From Camelus dromedarius (taxonomy: Eukaryota), in NCBI RefSeq assembly GCF_036321535.1, contig NC_087458.1, positions 5,828,001 to 5,892,000 of the forward strand: 64,000 bases of DNA. Reading direction: 5' to 3'. The position numbers and the translations under genes were made by a program. The first letter of the stretch is position 1; the number at the start of each line of letters is the position of its first letter. Positions 54,398-64,000 of the stretch are shown piece after piece. Under the pieces are notes generated by a model that did no database searches, was not told the origin of the DNA, and saw only the letters and a list, made by a program, of their open reading frames with translations.

Positions 54398-54880
54398 GTT
54401 ATTTTTTTTTTTCTCATCAAACTTTATTTTAATGGGTCTCAAAATTCTGTGACAGGTTTTTCGTCAAGTTGTTTCCATTAAAAAAGTACTGATTTTTAAA
54501 ATTAATGACTTAAAACTGCCACACACAAAAGAACAAATGGTCCACAAAACATTCTCCTTTCCAAAGGTTTCACGGTGCATTGTTATCATTAACTTGTCTT
54601 TTACTATTAAAAGTAAATGGCCAATTGAGACAAAAAGTCCTCAGATCATTCTTCCACCACTGATTAAGGAGGGTGGCAAGTATTGGGGATAATATTCATT
54701 TAGCCTTCGGGGCTTCCTGGGTGGACTTGGTGACCTTGCCAGCTCCATCTGCCTTCTTGTCCACTGCTCTGATGACACCCACAGCAACTGTCTGTCTCAT
54801 GTCGTGGACAGCAAAATGGCCCAGAGGAGGATAGTCAGAGAAGCTCTCAACACACATGGGCTTGCCAGGAACCACATCAA
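54398..54880 (-). pseudogene. EEF1A1P: 5'-truncated processed pseudogene of EEF1A1 (last 61 codons, full 3' UTR, poly(A))
   Basis: Minus strand 54880-54696 = [61 protein letters not shown]; EEF1A1 3' UTR to about 54413; T-run 54402-54412; TSD ACATTGTTTCT (54387-54397 / 54880-54890). Confidence 0.95.
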
Positions 54881-56291
54881 CATTGTTTCTATTTTTTTAT
54901 TGTAATAAATAATGCTACTATGAAAATTCTTATACATGTCTTTTAGCAGAGACACACACTCATTTCTCTTGGCTATATACTTGGAGTGGAGTTACTGTAT
55001 CTACCTTTGGTAGATACTATTCAACAGTTTACTAAAGAATTAGTCTAATTTCCACACCATCCAGCAGTGCATCATAGATAGTTCCAATCACTAGTCATCC
55101 TCACCAACACTTGGTATTGTCAGTCTTTTAAACCTCATAAGTATTTAGTGGTATCTCATAAGGTTTTTTTTTATTTTAAAATTTTGAAGTAATTTTTAAT
55201 TTACAGAAATGTTGTAAGGAGCATACAAAGAACTTCTATATACCCTTTAACCAGATTTACCAATGAACATTTTACCACACTTTCTTTATCATTCTCTCTC
55301 TCTCTCCCTTTCTATCTACCTATCTGTCTGTATATATCTATATATCCATATCTATAATATAAATGGTTAGGATTTTATATATATATATATGTATGTATAA
55401 ATATATTTATATATTATTTCATATATATTTATCTTACATAACCACTATTTATATGTCAAAATCAGGAAATTTACTTCTATCTAATCTATAGAAGTAAATT
55501 AAAATGTTTCTAATTTCTAGTTGTCCCAACAATGTACATTATAGAAAACAGGTTTTTTTTTCTGTCCAGGATCCAGTCTAGGATCACACATTACATTTAG
55601 CTGTTATGTGTCCTTGGTATTTTTCAATCTAGAAGAGTTCTGCAGTTTTAAGTCTAAATGACCTTAACATTTTTGGATAGGGTAGTTATTCCATAGAATG
55701 TCCCACAGTTTGGGTTTCTCTGATTCTTGCCTAAGTCATTATTACTATGATTTCTGTCAAATGATGACTTTTCATTGTAGTTTTTAAAAATTATTTTTTA
55801 CCTTGGTAAAATACATGTAACACAAAATTAGTCATTTTAACCATTTTAAAGTGTAGAAGTCAGTGGCATTAATTGCATTCATATGTTGTGCGACCATCAC
55901 CACTATTCCCAAAATGTTTTCATCACCTCAAAAAGAAAGTCTATAACCACTAAACAGTAACTCCCCATTCCTACCTCCCCTAACCTCTGGTAACCTTTAA
56001 TCTATTTTTGTGAATTTGTCTATTCTAGATATTTCATATAAGTGGAATCATGCAATATTTATCCTTTCATGTCTGGATCATTTCACCAAGCATATTGTTT
56101 TCAAGGTTACTCCATGTTGTAGCATTATTTGATTTGTATTCCCATTATCACTAATGATGTTGACCATCTTTTCACGTGCTTATTGGCCATTCGTGTATCT
56201 TCTTTGGACAAACGTCTCTTCAAGTCCTCTGCCTATTTTCTAATTGGGTTGTTTGGTCTTCCTGTTTGTTTTTGAGTTTTAGGAGTTCTTT

Positions 56292-56404
56292 GCTTTTTGA
56301 GGGGCTGCGATTAGGTTTATTTATTTGATAGAGGTACTGGGGATTAAACCCAGGACCTCATGCATGTTAAGCACACGCTCTACCACTGAGCTATACCCTC
56401 CCCC
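56292..56404 (-). mobile_element. Camelid tRNA-derived SINE (Vic-1 type)
   Basis: Reverse SINE body; 12-bp TSD TAGGAGTTCTTT (56280-56291 / 56407-56418). Confidence 0.9.
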
Positions 56405-58100
56405 TCTAGGAGTTCTTTACATATCACAGATACTAAACACTCATATGACTTGCAAATATTTTCTCCCTTTCTATAGGTTGTCTTTTAACTTTCTTAATAA
56501 AGTCCTTTGATGTACAAAAGTTAAATTTTAATGAAGTCCAGTTTATTTCTTTCGTTGCNNNNNNNNNNNNNNNNNNNNNNNNNNNNNNNNNNNNNNNNNN
56601 NNNNNNNNNNNNNNNNNNNNNNNNNNNNNNNNNNNNNNNNNNNNNNNNNNNNNNNNNNNNNNNNNNNNNNNNNNNNNNNNNNNNNNNNNNNNNNNNNNNN
56701 NNNNNNNNNNNNNNNNNNNNNNNNNNNNNNNNNNNNNNNNNNNNNNNNNNNNNNNNNNNNNNNTTGTTGGAGACTGTTCTTTCCTGTTAAATGGACTTGA
56801 TATCCTTGTCAAAATTGATTAGCTATATATACATTTGTCACTTTATCTCTGGACTCTCAGTTATATTCTGTTGATCTATATGTCTGTCTTTATGCCAATA
56901 GAACACTGTTCTCATTACTATAGCTTACTGTAGTAAATTTTGAAATTGGGAAGTTTGAGTCCTCCAACTTTGTTCTTTTTCCCCAAGATTATTTTGGCTC
57001 TCGTTGCAATTCCATGTGAATTTGTGGATTGGCTTTTCCATTTCTGTAAAAAAGCTGGAATTTTTATAGAGATTGCATTAAATCTATTGATCAATTGCTT
57101 TGTATAGTAGTGACCTCATAATATTAAGTCTTCTTACCCATGAACATGGGATGTCTTCCATTTGTTTACATTTTTAATTTCTTTCAGCAATAGTTTGTAG
57201 TTTTCGGTGTACAAGTCTTTCACCTCCTGTTTAAATTTATTCCTACATATTTTATTCTTTTAATGATATTACAAACAGAATTGCCTTCTTAATTTCCTTT
57301 TCAGATTGTTCATTGCTGGTATACAAAAACACAATGGGGTTTCATGTATTGATCTTGTACCTACAAGTTTGCCGATTTCATTTATTAGCTTAGNNNNNNN
57401 NNNNNNNNNNNNNNNNNNNNNNNNNNNNNNNNNNNNNNNNNNNNNNNNNNNNNNNNNNNNNNNNNNNNNNNNNNNNNNNNNNNNNNNNNNNNNNNNNNNN
57501 NNNNNNNNNNNNNNNNNNNNNNNNNNNNTCCAGTATCTCATTGTAGTTTTAATTAGTATTATCGTAATTATTGATTATGTCCACAACCTTTTCATGTTTG
57601 TTAACCATTTGGATGTCTTTCTTTGCAAAATGCCAGCTTATGTCTTTTGTCCATTTTTCAAATGAGTTGACTGTCTTTTACCTATCTATATCACTATTTA
57701 TATATCTTGTGATACACATCTTTTGTCAGATATGTGTATTACAAGTATTTTCTCCCAGTCCATGGCTTGTGTTTTACTCTCTTAATGGTGTCTTTTAATG
57801 GACAGTTCTCAATTTTAATGAAGTCCAATTCACCCATCATCCCATCATGACTTCTGTATGTATTTAAGAAATCTTTGTGTATCCCACTTCACTAATTTTT
57901 TTAATATTAATTTCAGGAACTCACATTTATCTCTATTTGTCTTAAATCTTTTTTAGAATAAGGCGTAGGCATGTAAATAAGTACACTTTTCATTATTAAA
58001 TATCTTCTTGTTTAGTTCATTCTCTTATCTCACTAAGAACTTTTTCGGTGCAGTCTCATAATCCAGTCTATTAGTTAGTAATCGCATCTTTATATTTTCT

Positions 58101-58137
58101 GTAGATTTTACACTTGATCCTAGCCAAAAGGTTGAGA
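58101..58137 (-). pseudogene. Truncated U2 snRNA pseudogene (5' ~35 nt)
   Basis: TACACTTGATCCTAGCCAAAAGGTTGAGA is the reverse complement of the U2 5' region TCTCGGCCTTTTGGCTAAGATCAAGTGTA with 3 mismatches. Confidence 0.8.
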
Positions 58138-59230
58138 TTTTATAAGCATGCCTTTTTAGTCTTCACCCAAATCCTTTCTTTAATTCATCATTCTGTCAGA
58201 GGTACGGAAGTTTCTCCATTGTCACAACCCAAAAGCCACTCAGGATTATGAGGTGTTTGGTTGTTTTTGATTTAATGGGGGAACTTTCTGCAGCACTGTG
58301 ACTCTTTTTAATTTTTTCTTGATTATAGGGCCTTATTCTTCAATTCTTATTAATGATAACTAGCCTCTCCCCCTCTAAAAATTTTTGCTATTTGTAACCT
58401 CAGTTGCCTTCTGCATAGGGTGGATTTTGACAAATGGAAGGTCCTTTGTTCTAGAAATCAACTAGGTAGGGACAGGATCAGGAAAGAGCTCGATTTCTCC
58501 AGAGAAGAGGAGACTATTAAAGAGAATGAAGTAGATTTCCATGTTTTGATTTGGGAAAAAATGGCCATGATATAAACGTTAATTGAGCAAGAACCAAAAA
58601 AATTGTAAAACATAATCTCATTTTTGTTAAAAGCCTAAGGAAAGCAACCAACCAAAGACATAAACTGTAGATATGTTTCTGTATTTTGAAAAAGTAGAGA
58701 ACTATATACAACAAATTAGTGACACTGTTGACTCAGATGATTGGATGGGATGAAAGGAAAAGAGAGGGTTCACTTCTCCCTACTTCAATGTTGGAATTGT
58801 TATAATGAGTTTTTATTGATTAGATAGGTGTGAGTCATTAAGTTCATAAAGGATTTGGGAAATTTAGTTGTCTGAGAGGGAAGTTTAGGAAGATTAAAGG
58901 TGTGGAGTGGATTGGAATCCATTGTAATTCCTAAGGATATACACACACACATATATATGTATATATACACACACACATTTCTATGTGTCTATATATATAT
59001 ACAAATTCCAAAAACATGTCTAAGGGAAAGATCAAAAGGCTTTTAGTAACTGAATATGGGATAAAAAAGAATGAATGTCAGAAACAATAAGCTTCTGCTC
59101 TTGGGATTGTTGGGGCAAATGCCAATACTAACACAGATAAAGCAGGGCTGTGTAGAGCTTTCAGAAGCCTTTCCAGTAATGAATCAGTGAGCAATTCTAA
59201 TGACTTGGTGTGCACAAGTAAGCCCATGCA

Positions 59231-59282
59231 TTTTCTTTTCTTTTCTTTTCTTTCTTTCTTTTTTTTTTTTTTTTTTTTTTTT
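59231..59282. repeat. (TTTTC)4(TTTC)2 T24 pyrimidine tract
   Basis: Direct reading. Confidence 0.95.
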
Positions 59283-59419
59283 GCAACGTCTGGCTGAAAA
59301 CTGCACTGCACGAGCACATATACTTGCTTGCGTGATGCACTCCTAGCTCCAGAAGCTGGCTCTATACCACCTGATGACATTTGCTCTGGGACTGCTTAAG
59401 GGTTAAGGAATCCACTCCC

Positions 59420-60464
59420 TGGCCCTGCACTGTCAATTCGTAGCCAGGCTTCGGGTTTCCCTAAGCCACCCAAGAACAGTGCCCTGGTTCCCGCACCCAC
59501 CCTAGCTTCAGAAAGAGGCAGGAAAGCAGGGCGGAGGCTGGCGCCGCGCATGCGCATCAATGCACGCAGGCGCAGCCTATCTCCTTCCTGATCACCTAGC
59601 ACTCCCACCCCACCTCCGGGAAGTCGTTCCATCCCGCCCTCCGAGAGCAAAGGAGGGATACGATTGGGCACTCTGGTTGTCCATCAGACCAGTGTCTCTT
59701 CTGCTCAATACCATTGGCAGCCGGGGAAAAGGCTGGCGGGCCGACGTCGGCCTCCACCTTCGAGACTCAGCGCCACCGCGGAAGCCGCTATTGGCGGAGG
59801 CCAGGGACCGCGACTGCTCACTTCCGGCGCGGGCCTCCACGATTCCTCCCCCTCCCCCGCCGTCGCCCTCAGCCTTCCCACCCCCCGCTCTTCCACCATG
59901 GCCGCCTCTGTGTGGTGTAGGGAGAAGCTGGTCCTCCGTGTCCTCCTATAGCGCTTACTGCCTCACCCTCACCCCCTGGGGGCCGGATCCAAAGGAACCT
60001 CGCTCCCCAACCCTTGGGGCACCAGCCAGGAAGGTTTCCTATCCCCCTGCTTCAGGGGCAGGACTCTTCTTTCCCCCACCTCCTGAGGCAGAAACTTAGG
60101 GTTTTCCCTGCTTCTCTTAGTGTCAGAAGCCAGAAAGGGCCCCCTTTGGACTCTTCAGGGGCAGAAGCCTCTCCTACCCTTCCCGTTGGGGCGCAGACCG
60201 TCACCCCAGCATACTTAGACGCTAACGGCGTTTCCTCAGTACTGCCACTCCAGAGGCAGGAACTAGAGGCCCGTCAGCCTTCGCCTCCTGCACAGGAGCG
60301 GACTTTCGGAGAAGAGGGAGGAGTGGAGAGGCCAGGGACCCTTTCCCTTCCCTCCCCCACTTGTTCCTCTTGCCCTCCCCAGTGCCTGGCAATCCCGAGT
60401 TCCTCATTTCTAGGACTTCTCACCTGTCCACTCCCTGGCCTTTTCCCGTCTCCTGGCTGCAGCC
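59420..60464 (+). promoter_or_regulatory. INTS3 CpG promoter and long 5' leader
   Basis: NRF1 GCGCATGCGCA 59546-59556; ATTGG at about 59662, 59713 and 59790; ETS CACTTCCGG 59819-59827; YY1-type CATGGCCGCC at 59897. Confidence 0.75.
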
Positions 60465-60614
60465 ATGGAGTTACAGAAGGGANNNNNNNNNNNNNNNNNN
60501 NNNNNNNNNNNNNNNNNNNNNNNNNNNNNNNNNNNNNNNNNNNNNNNNNNNNNNNNNNNNNNNNNNNNNNNNNNNNNNNNNNNNNNNNNNNNNNNNNNNN
60601 NNNNNNNNNNNNNN
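60465..60614 (+). CDS. INTS3: Integrator complex subunit 3 (SOSS-A), exon 1, partial
   Basis: GCCATGG Kozak plus MELQKG (60465-60482) matches the INTS3 N-terminus, and synteny after NPR1 agrees. The rest of the exon lies in N-run 60483-60627, so the end is inferred from the recalled human exon length. No exon 2 in the window. Confidence 0.85.
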
Positions 60615-61121
60615 NNNNNNNNNNNNNAGGGAGTTAAGAAATGGGGTTGAGGAGGGATACTGGAGCGGATATGGGGTGGGGTGGGGGGAGGCCTTCAAGT
60701 TTTTTCTAAGGCACCACGAACACTGCTCCAGACTTCCTGCTCCTGAAGGAAGAAGTGTGGTCAACTTCCTGGGCAGGTTGTCATAGTAACAGCAGCCACT
60801 AGTATGAAAATGGGTGGGGGGATGCTGAGGAGGAAGGGATGCAGCATCCAGATCTATCGCCACAGCTATTCTTAATATTTACCCTGTTTCATTCTTAGGT
60901 CATACATTGAGTTGGGAAGTAATATATGTGTGTGTAGGTGTCTGGGGGGCTGATAGGAGCTTACAGTAGACCTTGGGCCCTCCTGTTAGATAGTATTGGT
61001 TTCAATGTAGACACAGTCAATTGCCAGTGATGTTAACTGAGTGTTTAGAATGAGTGAAGACTTAAGGAAAAATGAGTTGTGTTTAGTTAGGTAGCATCAA
61101 CTACAGCAGTGGGGTGAAGGA

Positions 61122-61219
61122 TGAATGGACCTAGGGGCTCTCCTTCAGAACCAGATAGCACACACAGGGTAAGGGGTGAATGGACCTGGGGCTTTCCTTC
61201 AGAACCAGATAGCACACAC
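61122..61219. repeat. Near-perfect 44/43-bp direct repeat, period 55
   Basis: TGAATGGACCT(A)GGGGCT(C/T)TCCTTCAGAACCAGATAGCACACAC at 61122-61165 and 61177-61219. Confidence 0.9.
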
Positions 61220-64000
61220 GCAAAGGAGAAAGTACATAGATGTTGAGGAAGAGGGTAGGGTGAGGCGATGCAGTGGGCCTCAATGGGGATTTTAGACTAC
61301 TGCATAGTTGACCCTCCCCTCCCCTACTGATTCCTCTTACTGTGTCCCTGACAACCCAGAGTTGATTATAAATCCCTTTCCACTGCTCTACATGAAGAGA
61401 CATACTTAGGAATATGAGACCCAGAAGCGGGACATGATTGCTGAAGTGTTTATAAGACCTAATACGTTCAACTCAGTGGTTATCCAGGGACAGGACAAGT
61501 AAATTAATAGGCTCTGATTCTTCACTGGCCATTTCCCTGCTTCTAACTTTGTCACTGTTCTTTAACAGGTATTAGAGGGCAGGCAGGCAGATAGGTGGAA
61601 TTCATGGTTTAGATTTGAAAAAATGTTGGTTCAGATACAAGGTGATGGAACATAGGGGCAAAAATGAACTTAGTGAATCGAGAAGTGGCTGGAAAGCAAC
61701 TTTGTGGATTATCCATCCGCAGATGTCTGCTTGGAGATTGGCTTCCCATCGTACTCCCCTGTAATTCTGTGGGTATTTAGATAAATCAGAGTTTGTTTTC
61801 TGCTGTTGTTTTTATCAGCTAAGGTAGGCATAATTAGGAACATAAACAATGCTTCTAAAAGTAATGTATTCCCCAAACAAATTTAAATGGCTTTGCCAGG
61901 GTTGCCTGGCAATTTAAATTACCCACTTTTTTAGAAATGGCCACTGTCGTTGTCAGAGCATTTATTGAACCTTGTGTTCTAGCCCTGGAAGTCTAGAATT
62001 GCAGCAAGAAAATGGTCAACTACCTTTGATCCCTACGCCAGCTTGGGTGGAGGGGAGAAGACCCCAAGGGTTGGTGAAATTCTGTTTATTCCCCACCCTG
62101 GTTGCTAGAGGGGTCATCCTGCTATCGTTGGCACCACAGAATAATACAGCATCCTGTTCTTCTGAGTGATGACATGTTTGCTAGTAAACGAAATGATACG
62201 GCAGAAGGGGACCACAAAAGAGAGGAAGCATTTATTTTCTTGCTTTTTTGGACTGTCTGATAGTGAACTTTCAACTGTTTCCAGAGAGAAGTGGGGAGGA
62301 AGGGTCACCTTTTTTTTCCTGATATCCTTTGTGGTGCAGATGTTTCCCAGCATGTCTCGGGCTCCCCCCTTCCCTTCTTTGCCCTTTGTCCTTTGCATTT
62401 GAGTTTTCCAGCAAGCCTTGCCACTGTTTTTAACCCCATGTGTGTGGTTCCCACTAAACCGAGTGTCTCTAAGGGCAAGACTTGCTTTTTCCTCTGCATC
62501 TCCCCACAGATCTCGGTACACAGAAGTTATCAAACCCTTGTGTTTGTTGATCTCTGCTTGTTTAGGTTTGGTTATTTTCCAGCATAGGTCTACCTGTTGC
62601 CCAGGAACACAGTGGTAGCTTCCTGACCGTATATATTTACTGTGTGCCAAGTCTGATAGGAAAATAGGATGAGGGAGACCCAAGGTGTGCCTTCCAGAGC
62701 TTATCATCTGAAGACTGAGTTAACACACACGGAAGGTTAAAATGAAACAAAACAAAAACAAAACAACCCAGTTAGGTAGAGAAGAGACTGGGGTCATTAC
62801 AGCTGGGTGTGTTGAGGAAAGGCCCTTTAGAAGCTTGGAGTCTGAAGCCCTGGTGTAGAGTGTCCCAGGCAGGGACAGGGACTCTTCTGCATGCCCAAGG
62901 GAGCATTTGTTGGATCCTTTCTGCTCTTTGGCCCTGTTCCTCTCTTTGAAGGGGGAATTCTTGCCCATCCCCATCCAGATTTGGGGAATGATATAAAAAT
63001 AGTGCCAAAGACTGGAGGCGCTTTGAACACGTAGCTCCTAGTCTCATGAGCCTTCGTGGCTCCCGGTCATTCCTCTGTGGAGAAGGACCCGGTCCATTTT
63101 GAAGTTAGGCTAAAAATAGGAGCGGTGGCCCAAACAAGTTAGAACTTTCTCTTAAGCTATGGACAGGTTTCAGGGTTGCATTTGGTTAGAGGCATGTCCC
63201 TTGCAGGTTTTCTCCAAGGAATAACTCCCATCTGGTCTGCGAGGGTTCTCCAGGGAATGGGCATTGAGTCATTTCTCCTTTTTCCCCCTTATATCCTCAT
63301 TTCACATACAAATGACTCTTGGTTGTAGAATCCTTGGAACCCAGGTTGTTCAGTAACTCTTTACGAATGTGGGTCTTTGGGGGTTTTGTAGGTCAGACCA
63401 TATCTTTTTTTCCTGAAGCTGATGGAGTTTAGTCCCTCAAGGCCACTGACTTCCTATAAGGGGGCAGTATTTAATATATAGCTTTTACCAAACTGTATGT
63501 TCTTCTGATGGAGGCAGGGGAAACTAAAAGGTTAGACAGTCTTCTGACTTCAGTCTCCAGCTTCAGGTATATATTTGCAAACTGGAAGGCCTCCCCCTTC
63601 TCTGCCCCAACTCCATCTGCCGCTGCTGCCGTGGAAACCACGGTCAGGTGGTCTTAGTAGTAAAAAAATTATTTCAGAAACTCCTAGAGATGGTAAATAT
63701 TTACTCCGATCTCTGAGGTGCTGTCATGGAGGGCTTACTCTGAACAGAGTCATTCTGCCAGCAGTTGTTGGCAACTTCATGTATGATTCCATCTTTACTC
63801 AGGGCCGCTGGAGACTGGTGGGGAGGTGCGTACTGCTACTTCATTGTAGGGATCTGGCTTCCTGCAGCCCTCTGTGAGGGGATGTGGTCCTTCAGTCACT
63901 CTGATTTGTTATTAGTTCTCCCATCTCTGTTTGGAAAAGTAATTTCTGTAGTTCAGGAAGCGCAGCATCTTTCTACTTCTGTTGCCTGGAAAGGACTGGC

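Larger units (their letters stand above)
51751..57960 (-). mobile_element. Nested L1 cluster (L1MA/MB/MC-like 3' ends and ORF2-end pieces) with younger inserts
   Basis: Several L1 3'-end signatures at about 51751, 52210, 53370, 53670, 55180, 55790 and 56760-57390; interrupted by SINEs, the EEF1A1 retrocopy and N-runs. Confidence 0.75.

Noticed and set aside
59078-59380. 100-aa minus-strand ORF with a poly-Lys run
   Set aside because: The Lys run is simply the poly(dT) tract read backwards; no homology or splice support.
63762-63825. Possible cryptic exon in INTS3 intron 1 (CAG|CAG ... GAG|GTGCGT) and hairpin CCGTGG-AAA-CCACGG at about 63629
   Set aside because: Weak polypyrimidine tract and a short stem; nothing beyond chance.

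Overview
Mammalian genomic DNA, almost certainly camelid: it carries at least six copies of a tRNA-derived SINE matching the camelid Vic-1 type. It is syntenic with human 1q21.3 just past the S100 cluster. Gene order: CHTOP (+; exons 3 and 5 and most of exon 6 are hidden in N-runs), an LTR/ERV-rich spacer, SNAPIN (+, 4 exons, 136 aa), ILF2/NF45 (-, 14 exons, 390 aa, tail-to-tail with SNAPIN), an initiator tRNA-Met gene head-to-head with ILF2, NPR1/GC-A (+, 22 exons, 1065 aa), an L1-dense spacer with a truncated EEF1A1 retrocopy and a U2 fragment, and the promoter, exon 1 and start of intron 1 of INTS3 (+). I spliced SNAPIN, ILF2 and NPR1 by hand; all give intact GT-AG reading frames. I found no evidence of a new protein-coding system. 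The most interesting signals are regulatory or lineage-specific: (i) a set of stem-loops, decoy 5' splice sites and candidate poison or alternative terminal exons in the introns of the autoregulated gene CHTOP; (ii) back-to-back SNAPIN/ILF2 poly(A) sites; (iii) a CCAATx4-CTCF-tRNA module with a divergent CTCF partner; (iv) strong-Kozak uORFs in NPR1 and INTS3; (v) NPR1 ectodomain changes (signal-peptide duplication, lost N347 sequon, extra Cys407). Gene, ortholog and repeat-family comparisons rest on recalled sequences, not database searches.
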